Shown piece by piece: positions 1 to 12,843 of a DNA stretch of 64,000 nt. Origin of the DNA: Eledone cirrhosa (lineage: Eukaryota). Position 1 is the first letter of the stretch; every line of letters begins with the position of its first letter. The stretch covers positions 429,660,001 through 429,724,000 of the forward strand of contig OZ024740.1 in the NCBI GenBank assembly GCA_964016885.1, in the 5' to 3' direction. A program made the position numbers and the translations under genes. A model generated the notes under the pieces. The model was not told the DNA's origin and searched no databases. It saw only the letters and a program-made list of their open reading frames with translations.

Positions 1-444
1 TTATTTAGCTTATAGTCCAGCACAGTGGGTGGGTATGTCTAGTTCCGTAGCCATGCAATTGTATCTCTTCAAGAGTTTAATCGACAATAAGTACCACATG
101 AATCTGATACTTATTTTATCAATCTCTGTTTATCCAACAGTTAAATGACAAGACATACAGACACTAAATATAAACAGAATGGTGTAAATATAAACACAAC
201 CACACAGTTCTGGATTAAACATTAAGCAAAATATACACGTGACTTAGGACCTCAAGTAGGAGGGGTCCCATGGAGTTTTGTTTTTCCTTACGGTATATTG
301 GCTTTCTAAAATATATATAGATATATGGATGTGATGTTTTAGCCGTATTGAAACGTGAGTAGAAATTTTAAAAATAAATAACAATTTCATATCCTTGATG
401 TTTTATAATTTTGAATTATACACACACACAAACAAACACAAACA

Positions 445-507
<63 letters not shown>

Positions 508-688
508 ACACACATATATATATATAAACATACATACATACATGGTGGCTGCCAACTCGTTTTCGAGTACGGCCACTACTTTATATCCATGTAGGAGAAC
601 CCCTACCGATGCGCTGAACGAGTGTGACTTTTTAGTCCAGCCATCGACTTGAAAACTCTGGTACAAACACTACACTTGTGACAATTAT
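1..688. repeat. Near-identical direct duplicate of 2330-3108
   Basis: Sequence from ttatttagcttatagtccagc to cttgtgacaattat recurs at 2330-3108; the copies differ mainly in (CA)n length. Confidence 0.95.
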
Positions 689-775
689 ATATATATATAC
701 ATATATATATAAATATATATATATATATACATATACGATATTAACAAATGGAAACTATATTTATAAAACCATATT

Positions 776-840
776 TATTTCATTATACATATTTCAAGGA
801 TACCAAGTTAAATTATAGTATGCCTTCATCAGACAAAATA
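776..840 (-). ncRNA. Minimal type I hammerhead ribozyme (family A, copy 1)
   Basis: Minus strand reads tattttgt CTGATGA aggcatac..gtatcctt GAAA tatgta TA atgaaata; stems I and II pair and the core is intact. Confidence 0.75.
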
Positions 841-1067
841 CAATATATACCAGTTTTATAAATAAACATTGACGTACCCTTTCAAAATGCAACCGTTAGT
901 TTTGGAAGACATCAGGATATATATATAACAGGATATATATATAACAGGTCGATACGCAATAAATATTTTTCATATGTAAACGAAACTTACTCGTTTTTCT
1001 ATTATATATATATATATATATATATACGATATTAAATAAATGGAAACTATATTTATAAAACCATATT

Positions 1068-1133
1068 TATTTCATTATATATATTTCAGGGATATCATAT
1101 TAACAATATGCTATGCCTTCCTCAGACAAAATA
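1068..1133 (-). ncRNA. Minimal type I hammerhead ribozyme (family A, copy 2)
   Basis: Minus strand reads tattttgt CTGAGGA aggcatagcatattgttaatatgatatccct GAAA tatata TA atgaaata; stem III is palindromic. Confidence 0.75.
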
Positions 1134-1211
1134 CAATATAGACAGTTTTATAGATAAATAGATTTGACATAGCGTTCAACATCGACTTGTATTTGAAAAG
1201 TTGATTTGGCA

Positions 1212-1285
<74 letters not shown>

Positions 1286-1847
1286 GCCTGTGGGTGTGTG
1301 CAGTTGCAGAAACTAATGTTTCTTTGTATTAATGGGGTTTTTTTCGACTAGAATTACGTCAGGAAAAAAAGTCGGTTACTTACGAATTTAGGAGGCATAT
1401 TCGCTTAGTTTTAATATTTCGGAAGAAGAAAAAGACTTGTTGCTTGTACTGACTGCTGAACACCGTCTGACAGAATTGTAACTTTTTACCTACTTCTCAT
1501 TCTCTCTTCCTCTCCCTACATAACACTTCTCTATCTTTCTCTCTCTAACCCTTCTTTATCTCTCTACCTATCTATCTTTCTCTCTCTAACCCTTCTTTAT
1601 CTCTCTACCTATCTATCTTCCTCTCTCTAACCCCTCTTTATCTCTCTGCCCTCTCTCTCTCTTTCTTCCTCTCTCTTCTCTATCCTCTCTCCGTCTATCT
1701 CTCAATCCTCTCTCTCTCTCCAACCCTTCCTTATCTCTCAACCCTCTCTCTTTTCTCTATCCCCCTCTCTCTCTTCTCTTTTTTTCCAAAATTCAGCTAT
1801 AAGTCTAGTTAGTAGGAACAGAAACGAAACTCGCTAGCTCGGAGAAT

Positions 1848-1956
1848 AATTCCGCCGATGTTAACTTTGCCTTTCATCCTTACGGGGTCGATAAAATAAA
1901 GTACCAGTAATGTACTAGATAATTGATGGCCTTGTGCCAAAAGTAGAAACAACTAT
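1848..1956 (+). mobile_element. Partial tRNA-derived SINE (family S1, 3' part)
   Basis: Shares gttaactttgcctttcatccttacggggtcgataaaataaagtaccagt..ggccttgtgcc with the copies at 15489 and 29767. Confidence 0.85.
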
Positions 1957-1962
1957 ATATTA

Positions 1963-2054
1963 GGATTGGTGCTCTGAAATAGCGATGTATACATTTAGAA
2001 GACCATAGGCTTTCAGTTTTAAAGAAGTGACTATGTCACTTCTTATCGGCGAAA
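1963..2054 (-). mobile_element. 5'-truncated copy of the HHR-bearing element at 9150-9420 (no ribozyme)
   Basis: Reverse complement tttcgccgataagaagtgacatagtcact..cttctaaatgt..atcgctatttcagagcaccaatc matches 9274-9420. Confidence 0.8.
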
Positions 2055-2067
2055 ATATATATATATA

Positions 2068-2136
<69 letters not shown>

Positions 2137-2329
2137 GACCGGTCTTTCACTAGCTGAGACCCTAAGCTATGTGAAATTTAAGGCCCTTCTCTAAAACAAT
2201 TCGGGTAAAAATAGTTTTAAATGATTATTTTTTATATTAATGTTAATGATAAGGAATAGAAACTAATGAGAAAATAATAATATTATATTTAAATAAGCCC
2301 CCCTCCCCATGGAGGGGCTAAACTATGGC

Positions 2330-3108
<779 letters not shown>

Positions 3109-3427
3109 TGACACATAGTGCTGAGCCCATGGTACCATGTGACGACAAGTGCAGAGAGATCTCCAGATATAAAGCAATGCCTGTGCCGTGAAGCTTTTAT
3201 AGTGAGCAAAGGCACTGCACAAAGCCAACATCATTGGATACCATCAGGGTTGCAGGTGTTATATCAGAGTTTTCCTTCTCCTAGAATTCTGCCTTGACAA
3301 AGGCTAAGGGATCATCTCTCCCGGTGATTTTGGATGGCCATTGACTCTTAAGAGCTCCTTTGCTCTTTGACAGGTTTGGTTTTTAGTCCTACAGGATGTC
3401 CAAAGTCACCCTCCTCACCAAGAAACC

Positions 3428-3458
<31 letters not shown>

Positions 3459-4444
3459 CATACATACATACATACATACATACATACATACATACATACA
3501 CATCCCCCCCCCCTCTTTCTCCGGTTTCCTCTACTTGTTAGTCTTCCTTTCTCTTCTTTCTCCAAAGCAGCCATTTTTCACTTTGAAATACTAGTGATGT
3601 TTTGCTGATTACCTGTTTCTGGAAGATTTCTCGTCTGGATGGTCGAGGGGAGAGCGTCTCTTTCAATGAGATTCATTTTCTCCTTTACTCTTTGTCTTAT
3701 CATTAGTTCCATTATCAATAACATTCCGGGAAACTAAGATTAGATACAAACTTAGGAAAGGACCCCCACAGATTACACCCCTATTTATAAACGATCTGAG
3801 TTTGTTTGTTGGGTCAGAAAACCAAACAAATGTACTTTTAACAACTGTATGCTGCAGCTGCTATAATATTGGAGTGAAGGTTGACATCTAAAGAGCTACA
3901 TACAGTCATCATGAACACAACCCAAAGATAAACATGCAACTGAATTCAACTTCAAACTTGAGAAAGTGTTGATGTTCCTAAAGAAGCTAGTTATAAATAT
4001 TTATAAATATCTGGATATACTATTGTTAAGAGAGAGATGGGGGTCCCGTAACTCTTGAAGGAGTTGTAGGAGTGTCGCATTGACATACGGCGTTTCTTGG
4101 GCATTTGTTAAACCTGATGGAGCCCATCTCTTCTCCAGGTTTGAATATACGAGATGTCTGCCAGAGAAGGATAGAGAGAAAGGATGAGAAAAAGATATAA
4201 AGCAAGAAACCCCCGTATACTATAGTGAGATAACCTTTTAAATAGAAAAATAAAGGAGAGAGTTACAGAAACAAGGTTTTAAATGTTATTTGAGAGTAAG
4301 CTACATTCTAGAAACCTAATCACAGCCTTCAGTTGTTAAGCTGTAACTGTGATATACTACAGTGCTACCACCCCCAGGAGATTGATATGAAGGCTCGGAA
4401 TACTACAAAGCATTGAACTCTAGAGAAACTGTGATCCGATTGTA

Positions 4445-6287
4445 CACATAACGGAAGGTGGGACACACAATGGAAGGTGACACACAACGGAAGGTGGGAC
4501 ACATAACGGAAGGTGGGACACACAACGGAAGGTGACACACAACGGAAGGTGGGACACACAACGGAAGGTGGGACACACAACGGGAGGTGGGACACATAAC
4601 GGAAGGTGGGACACACAACGGAAGGTGGGACACACAACGGAAGGTGGGACACACAACGGAAGATGGGACACAACGGAAGGTGGGACACACAACGGAAGGT
4701 GGGACACACAACGGAAGGTGGGACACAACGGAAGGTGGGACACTCAACGGAAGGTGGGACACAACGGAAGGTGGGACACACAACGGAGTGTGGGACACAA
4801 AACGGAAGGTGACACACAACGGAAGGTGGGACAAACAACGGAAGGTGGGACACACAACGGAAGGTGACACACAACGGAAGGTGGGACACACAACGGAAGG
4901 TGACACACAACGGAAGGTGGGACACAACGGAAGGTGGGACATACAACGGAAGGTGACACACAACGGAAGGTGGGACACAACGGAAGGTGGGACATATAAC
5001 GAAAGGTGGGACACACAACGGAAGGTGACACACAACGGAAGGTGGGACATACAACGGAAGGTGGGACACATAACGGAAGGTGGGACACAACGGAAGGTGG
5101 GACACACAACGGAAGCTGGCACACAACGGAATGTGGGACACAACGGAAGGTGGGACATACAACGGAAGGTGACACACAACGGAAGGTGGGACACAACGGA
5201 AGGTGGGACATACAACGGAAGGTGACACACAACGGAAGGTGGGACACACAACGGAAGGTGGTACACAACGGAAGGTGGGACACACAACGGAAGGTGACAC
5301 ACAACGGAAGGTGGGACACACAACAGAAGGTGGGACACACAACGGAAGGTCGGACACAACGGAAGGTGGGACACACAACGGAAGGTGGGACACACAACGG
5401 AAGGTGGGACACACAACGGAAGGTCGGACACAACGGAAGGTGGGACACACAACGGAAGGTGGGACACACAACGGAAGGTGTGACACACAACGGAAGGTGG
5501 GACACATAACGGAAGGTGGGACACACAACGGAAGGTGACACACAACGGAAGGTGGGACACACAACGGAAGGTGGGACACACAACGGAAGATGGGACACAA
5601 CGGAAGGTGGGACACACAACGGAAGGTGGGACACACAACGGAAGGTGGGACATACAACGGAAGGTGGGACACACAACGGAAGGTGGGACACACAACGGAA
5701 GGTGGGACACACAACGGAAGGTGGGACACACAACGGAAGGTGGGACACATAACGGAAGGTGGGACACAACGGAAGGTGGGACATACAACGGAAGGTGGGA
5801 CACACAACGGAAGGTGGGACACAACGGAAGGTGGGACACACAACGGGAGGTGGGACACACAACGGAAGGTGACACACAACGGAAGGTGGGACACACAACG
5901 GAAGGTGGACGCACAACGGGAGGTGGGACACACAACGGAAGATGGGACACACAACGGGAGGTGGGACACACAACGGAAGGTGGGACACACAACGAGAGGT
6001 GACACACAACGGAAGGTGGGACACATAACGGAAGGTGGGACACACAACGGAAGGTGGGACACACAACGGAAGGTGGGACATACAACGGGAGGTGGGACAC
6101 ATAACGGAAGGTGGGACACACAACGGAAGGTTCGACACACAACGAGAGGTGACACACAACGGAAGGTGGGACATACAACGGGAGGTGGAACACACAACGG
6201 AAGGTGGGACACACAACGAGAGGTGACACACAACGGAAGGTGGGACACACAACGGAAGGTGGGACACACAACGAGAGGTGACACACA
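4445..6287 (+). repeat. G-rich minisatellite, 19-bp unit aacggaaggtgggacacac with 17-bp variants (~100 units)
   Basis: Direct reading; it accounts for all ORFs called in 4365-6390. Confidence 0.97.
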
Positions 6288-6355
6288 TCTTGCTCGGGGG
6301 TCTGCTCCTGGGCCTCCTACCGGTTGGTTTTGCCCATAAAAGCTGTCCCGTATAT
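6288..6355 (-). mobile_element. Short RTE-type LINE C-terminal fragment
   Basis: Encodes LLWAKPTGRRPRSRP, the W-x-P-x-G-x-R-x-x-GRP motif of RTE ORF ends; similar to ~20760-20800. Confidence 0.6.
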
Positions 6356-6439
6356 AACCAATTTGAAAAAGCTACAAAGGCAAAAATCACTGATCACTCA
6401 CGGAAAACCTTGAAGAGAAACTCCGTGAAAAACAACATA

Positions 6440-6841
6440 TATAATTGTTACTACTTTTGGCACAAGGCCAGCAATTATCCAGTGTATTACTGGTACTTTA
6501 TTTTATCGACTCCGTAAGGATGAAAGGCAAAGCGTGGCGTCAGACCCTCTACCGATACTGCCAATCTACCGCCCTAACATGGCGTCCGACCCTCTACCGA
6601 TACTGCCAATCTACCACCCTAGCATGGCGTCCGACCCTCTACCGATACTGCCAATCTACCGCCCTAACATGGCGTCCGACCCTCTATCGATACTGCCAAT
6701 CTACCACCCTAACATGGCGTCCGACCCTCTACCGATACTGCCAATCTACCGCCCTAACATGGCGTCCGACCCTCTACAGATACTGCCAATCTACCGCCCT
6801 AACATGGCGTCCGACCCTCTACCGATACGGCCAATCTATCT
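6440..6841 (-). mobile_element. SINE S1 insertion with a 9-bp target-site duplication and tandemly amplified 45-bp head (~7 copies, 6534-6841)
   Basis: TSD aacaacata at 6431-6439 and 6842-6850; repeat unit is the reverse complement of the SINE head ggcggtagattggcagtatcggtagagggtcggacgccat. Confidence 0.85.
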
Positions 6842-7562
6842 AACAACATAATAAAGCGGAATCTATCTGAGAAATGTAGACGACGTAGTAAAGACTGGAA
6901 CTTTATTATAAGTACTTACATCATGATAAAGTGTATTTACATCAACACAGGTGTAAAATACGATCATCTACCTGAGATTTTTTATTGGGAATTTTAATCT
7001 CGAAATAGACAAGGTAATAGAACACTGTCGACTAAGTATTGTTGTAGTCGAGGATAAGACAGGAAGGTGTCACTATATAGATGTAGCTATACCAGGTGTC
7101 TGTAATATAGCAAGGAGGAGCACGGAAAGATAGATAATTATAAGGAACTTTAGTTGGAAATTTCAAGAATGTGGAACATATGATCCAAAGTTGTTCCAAC
7201 GGTAATGGACGCCGTTGGCTCTATTCCTAGTAAACAAGCAACGTACGTCAGCGAGCTAATTATAACAACTAGTATTGTATATATCTGCAGAAGTGAACAC
7301 TTTGGAACTGCAAATAACCTGTTGAAGGTACTCTCTGCAACGAGTTAAATATAGCACCTAGCATTATATATATCTGCAGAAGTGAACACTTTGGAACTGC
7401 AAATAACCTGTTGAAGGTATTCTCTGTTCATATCACTTGATAGAGAGCATCTAGAATATACCGTGCCAAAAGTACAGGACGTTGCTGATAATGAAGATAA
7501 TAATGATGATGATGATAATTATGATAAGTGTAATAATAATAATAACCATAATAGTTGTTGTG

Positions 7563-8200
7563 ATTTTTATTGGCCACAAGGACCAAAGATATTGGGGCCA
7601 ATACAAGGACAAAAAAGCAACAGAGGTTAGGGTTTACATTGAGTAAAGAAAAGGTGACATCAACAAAGGAAAGACAGTTGGTATAACAATATATAGTCAC
7701 GGTAACAAGAACAGTTCCCGGCTGGGGTGCTTTAGGGGTAACTCCAAGGAAAACCCCGCACAAAAACAATAGGATTACTCTCTCGACTAATGGACTTTTA
7801 AAGGCCCCTCTGCTGGTTTCTTTCCTTCAGCTTAGAAAACCTTAGTCAAAGTAGTCTCTTCCAGCTTCGTCAATCTCGCCCCTCTCACCAATCTTTCTTA
7901 AAATGGTAGAACCTCTTTCTCTGCCTTCTTCTCTAAGTGCTTCTTGGAGAAGTTCATGAGGGCTTGGATGGAGAGGGAGATTCCTGTCTTCAAAACTTTT
8001 AGATGAGCCCCCCCTCCCCCCATAGCTACCTGACAAAGGACAACTTACCATGTCTCACTTCTAAAGTAAGGTGGATCTATCCTACTTGTGATTGCTGGTG
8101 TTCAATACAAGCCCACAAGTCTACAATGAACAGGCTCTGGGTGATAGCATGCAGGATGGTTTCGTCGCCCTGTGTGCATCTCAGACAGGTTCGGCTACAA
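7563..8200 (-). mobile_element. Old diverged Tx1/L1-type LINE 3' end
   Basis: Minus strand encodes CLRCTQGDETILHAI..DLWACIEH, matching [23 protein letters not shown] in the 24147 element; 3' end ccttgtggccaataaaaa matches that family's terminus. Confidence 0.7.
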
Positions 8201-8528
8201 AGGGTCAGAACAAATACCGCAAGGTACTCTAACACTTCTGTTAATTCGCCATCTTTTAACTTTTACACATCTCATAAAAACTGACTGTCAGACGTCCTGT
8301 CCTACTTCACTTGATACATTTAATGTTCCCTGCTGAAACATTTGATGCTCACCTACTTATTTCTGTGTCAAATAATTAGAATCAAATAACAAATAACAGT
8401 ATTAGAACTGAATAATTCTTCGGTTTAATAATTGTGTAAACAACATACATCTTTAGAATAAGACATGTTGAATCTAAGTTCCTTCCTGGCCTTGTTCGTT
8501 GAGTTTGTTCTTAGGTTGTAACATGGTT

Positions 8529-8611
<83 letters not shown>

Positions 8612-8723
8612 TAAAAGGAATTCCAACATTGTCTGATTTACTCGTTTTATTTACAATCCTTTAAAATTTATAATGGTATTATAATGAAATAGTATGATAG
8701 AATATTAAATGTTAAGTGTTAAT

Positions 8724-8762
8724 TGAACAAGTACTTTCATGCTTTCGCAATCTTCAGGTTCA
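8724..8762 (-). ncRNA. Minimal type I hammerhead ribozyme (family B)
   Basis: tgaac CTGAAGA ttgcgaaagcat GAAA gtac TT gttca; palindromic GTAC stem III; GAAA tetraloop on stem II. Confidence 0.75.
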
Positions 8763-8839
8763 TATTCAGTGGTGACAGTCAAGTTTGTAATTTTCAACTG
8801 TCAGTTGAAAATTGCAAACTTGACTGTCACCATACATTA

Positions 8840-8878
8840 TGAACCTGAAGATTGCGAAAGCATGAAAATACTTGTTCA
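8840..8878 (+). ncRNA. Minimal type I hammerhead ribozyme (family B, right arm)
   Basis: tgaac CTGAAGA ttgcgaaagcat GAAA atac TT gttca. Confidence 0.7.
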
Positions 8879-9051
8879 ATTAACACTTAAAATTTAATAT
8901 TCTATCATACTATTTCATTATAATACCATTATAAATTTTAAAGGATTGTAAATAAAACGAGTAAATCAGACAATGTTGGAATTCCTTTTATTAATATAAT
9001 CTTCTATACACAATCATACACACCCGTGTATATTTATCTATATCTATATCT

Positions 9052-9152
<101 letters not shown>

Positions 9153-9207
9153 ATAATTGTTACTGGAATTCTATAAGAATCCAGTATCTATAATTTACGG
9201 CGGAAGC

Positions 9208-9266
9208 AGAGGAGTACGTGGTTCTGATGAACGCCAACCAGCGTGAAACAGACTGTCAGCTTCTCT
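9208..9266 (+). ncRNA. Extended type I hammerhead ribozyme (family C), GUC cleavage triplet
   Basis: agagga-gtacgtg-gtt CTGATGA acgc caacca gcgt GAAA cagactg TC agc-ttctct; perfect stem II, bulged stem I, predicted cut after 9257. Confidence 0.85.
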
Positions 9267-9433
9267 CCCTTCTTTCGCCGAAAAGAAGTAGGTGACATAG
9301 TCACTACTTGAAAACTGATAGCGTATGCTCTTCTAAATGTGTTTAATTAAACATACGGTATATTGCCAAATATACTATACATACATTCATGTATAGATCG
9401 CTATTTCAGAGCACCAATCGATATATGTATATA

Positions 9434-9766
9434 TAAGGTAAAGACGCCCTTCGGTCACAAATGACCATTTGCACCAAGAAAGTAGCCCTCCAAGGCACAA
9501 GTCCGGGGAAGGCAGCACAGGTCCGGGCAAGGTTGTTTGTGGAAGACCAACAATCGCCCATGCATACCACGCCGCCGATGATGTCCAAGGTAAAGGCAAT
9601 GGCCGATACAGCTTGGCAACAGTGACGTCGCAACTTATTTCCACAGGTGAGTGAATTGGAGCCACGTGAATTAAAGTGTCTTGCTCAAGGACACAACGTA
9701 GAGAATCGAACTCACAACCTTACGATTGTAATCCCAAAGCTCTAACCACTAAGCCATGCGCCTTCA
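9434..9766 (-). mobile_element. tRNA-derived CORE-like SINE (family S2)
   Basis: Minus strand has A box tggcttagtgg, B box gagttcgattc and CORE-like ttgtgtccttgagcaagacact. Confidence 0.8.
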
Positions 9767-9800
9767 CACATACACATATATATATGTAGCGGGGTGCATG

Positions 9801-9877
<77 letters not shown>

Positions 9878-10036
9878 ATAGATATACCAAAAATTCTTTG
9901 GCCAGAGCCTCACAATTTTCTCTTTTTTCTCTATATTTCCCTAGTCTTTTTTTTTTTCTGTTTCCTTTTCTTTTTTTTTATACTGCTACTTAAAATCTCT
10001 TTGTTTACTTAGAATAAATCAACTTTAAAAATGAGT

Positions 10037-10094
10037 GGGTTAGGGCTAGGGTTAGGGTTAGGATTAGGATTAGGGCTAGGGCTAGGGTTAGGGT
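10037..10094 (+). repeat. Degenerate interstitial (TTAGGG)n, ~9 units
   Basis: gggttagggctagggttagggttaggattaggattagggctagggctagggttaggg. Confidence 0.8.
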
Positions 10095-10680
10095 ATGTAT
10101 GTCTATAGGTATTTAAGTGTGAATATGAACCTTGCTTTTATCTGTGTCATTGTATTAATTGTATCTTTCTAAACATTTTTTTTCAAAGAAATCCCAGTTC
10201 CTTGAAAATCCCTCAGCCAATGACCTCAGCTCATCCTTAAACTCACCACCTTCCCCAACTACCAGAAAAGATACAAATACCACCGTATTACAATGCCAGC
10301 TGGCTTTGCTGGTCATTTCCTTCGAATGAAACAGTTCTCGTCCTGTAGAAGCCATTTCTCTATTAAATTTGTTATATATATACATATATATATTTGATTG
10401 ATTTTACCATCAATTCCAAGTGTCCAGGTTAGTTATATATATGTGTTTATGTATATATATATATGTGTGTATGATTATGTCTGACCTGTTTAGCTTGGCT
10501 TGTTTTTTGGCTTAGGTGGTTAATGCCTTCTTGACCGCCTTCTCTGTTTGTAAGGCGTTTATAACCTATGTTTATAGCTCTGGTCTTTAGCCATTGGAGC
10601 GCTTGCCAGCATGACTCGGAATTTGCGTTACGTTTCGCTTTTTCTACCCACCGAAATGTGATTCTCGCTGAATTTATATT

Positions 10681-10717
<37 letters not shown>

Positions 10718-10732
10718 TTCTCCCCATTTTTT

Positions 10733-10785
<53 letters not shown>

Positions 10786-10934
10786 ATGTGTATGTGTGAA
10801 GGCGCATGGCTTATATATAATATATATATATATGTATATATATGTATATATATATATGTATATGTGTATGTGTGAAGGCGCATGGCTTATATATAATATA
10901 TAAGATCAAAAGATGGTTAAAGGAGTTCCATGTA

Positions 10935-11001
10935 TTTTATTATGCGCATTTCAAAAACAAACATTATCATGCAATAATATTTGTGTTTTCATCAGATAAA
11001 A
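10935..11001 (-). ncRNA. Type I hammerhead ribozyme (family D)
   Basis: ttttat CTGATGA aaacacaaatattattgcatgataatgtttgttttt GAAA tgcgca TA ataaaa; long stem II and palindromic TGCGCA stem III. Confidence 0.8.
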
Positions 11002-12574
11002 CAGGAGGACATGATATGAAGGCTAAAAAACACTTGTGGATAGTGCAGTTTTAAATCAACATATGAGAAGTAGTTTTAGATTGATGTGTGATATTGGGGA
11101 AAATATTTTATTTAGAGGGGGGGGGTGAAAAAAAGAGGAGGAGATGAGAGTGAAGGTGAGATGAGAGGGAGGAATATAATGAGGAAGGATGAGATAGGAG
11201 GAGAGATGGGTGATAGAGAGAGAGAGATAGTTTTTATAACTGAGAAAGATATATTGTTTTACATAGAGAGGTTGAAAACCGTTGGAAGATAATGTATAAA
11301 TTAAAAGAATTTGAAAATTAACGAAGGGAAAAAATATGTGCGACGAAGGAGAGGGAGTTAATATGTATTTAGAATAATGAGTTTGATGATAGAGAGAATA
11401 GAATAATGAATTGCGGATGAATATTCTAACGTCAAAAAAGTGTGTATGTTTACAAGTATTATGGAAATTTGAAAATTAACGAAGAGAAAAAAAAAATTAA
11501 GGTTTGTGTATTGAAGGATTTGAGAAAAATAATGTGAAGTTAAGGTTTGTATATTGAAGGAATTGATAATATGTGCGAAGAAAGAGTTAATATGTATTGA
11601 GAATGAGTTAGATGATAGGGAGAAAAAAAATAATGAATTAAGGATGAATAATCTGGCGTCAAAACAAATGTATATGTTACGAAGGATTTTACAAGGTGAA
11701 AATAGAGTAAGGGTAATGAGTAAACAAGTATTATAGAGTGTATAATACCCTTTGAAATAAGGTAGGAAGATGGGTATATTTTAAAAGAGGTGTATGTATA
11801 TGTGCCTTTGAGAAAAAGATTCTAAATTGATAAAGAATTGAATATTAGCTGTATACTTTGTGAAATGTTTTATGGAATTTATGCAAGCAGATAGAAAACA
11901 AGTCAGTTCGTCTATTTATTATAGAATCTAGATTAGAGATAATGGTAAATTTTTCACACATATTTCATTATATTCTACAATGTATTAACTCAGTTTTCCC
12001 AGCATATTTGAAACCTTTCACCTTTTTTTTTCTCTTAAGCCTTTCACCTTTTTTCTTTATAGCCTTAAATTTTCGTTCAAACCTTCGTAGATTTTGTAAA
12101 CAAACTATGACGTCATATGTCTTTCTACGTTTATAAACCTTTCTAGCAATTTCCTTTATTTACTTGTTGATATAAAATAATAATTAAATAGTATATCCCA
12201 CATATATAGATTTTTAATAGTAATTTTTAATTATGACATACATAGACTATTCTTATTTATATTTTTATTTTTTATTCTATTCTATCTTATTTTATTTTAT
12301 TTTATTAATACATTTTTACACTTCTTAATCCAATTTTTAGTATTCAAACCTAATATAAAATAATTGTTTCTACGTTAGGCACAAGGCCAGCAATTACCCA
12401 GTGTATTACTGGTACTTTATTTTATCGACCCCGATAAAATAATATACCCAGTTTCTATATTCTAGATCTCTAATATTTGTAATATTCGCACTTACACCTC
12501 ATCAATTTATTTATTTATTTTTTTTAGCCGTTATTTACAGCTGTTTTCATTTTGACAGCGTTCCTGATCAAAAG

Positions 12575-12680
<106 letters not shown>

Positions 12681-12843
12681 CTCCTTCTTTCGTTCTTTTT
12701 TCCTCTCTTCTATTTCTTTTTCCTTTTTCCTTCTTTCCGTTTCTTCATTTTTCCTATTTTTCTCTTACTCTTATATTTTTGTCATATGTAGACTGGGCTC
12801 TTTCTTGTTCAACAGTGTTTTTAGGCCTCATATCATGTTACCT

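Larger units (their letters stand above)
3640..7345 (+). pseudogene. Fossil R4/Dong-type non-LTR retrotransposon (RT, zinc knuckle, restriction-like endonuclease), interrupted by a minisatellite, an RTE fragment and a SINE
   Basis: Manual translation of colinear fragments: FQ*DSFSPLLFVLSLVPLS (~3660), LFINDL (degenerate F/YxDD, ~3781), YKYLDIL (~4002), FESKLHSRNLITAF..AVTVIYYSA (~4290-4366), IRLYT*RKVG (~4434), SEKCR (~6866), WDFNLEIDKVIEHCR..HYIDVAIPG..KIDNYKEL*LEISRMWN (~6985-7180); many stops. Confidence 0.75.
8607..9040. mobile_element. PLE pLTR-like foldback: ~195-bp inverted arms centred at 8801 plus a ~40-bp one-sided tail (HHR family B)
   Basis: 8607-8800 is the reverse complement of 8802-8998; flanked by (TA)n; a single-arm copy with the tail lies at 28015-28268. 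Confidence 0.85.

Noticed and set aside
4365-6390. Long ORFs of 548-639 aa rich in Cys/Pro/Val
   Set aside because: Translations of the 19-bp minisatellite; open in all three minus frames only because the unit lacks stops
6445-6851. ORFs with 15-aa repeats (WRPTLYRYCQSTALT)
   Set aside because: Translation of the tandem SINE head
9690-9766. tRNA genes here and at 15714 and 18727
   Set aside because: A and B boxes are present but run into SINE bodies with no acceptor stem; these are tRNA-derived SINE heads
10037-10094. True telomere or telomere fusion site
   Set aside because: Only ~9 degenerate units in one orientation, internal to the sequence
11280-11740. Degenerate PLE RT remnant on the minus strand (FFDVRIFIRNSLFYSLYH)
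   Set aside because: Similarity too weak in AT-rich low-complexity sequence to call by eye
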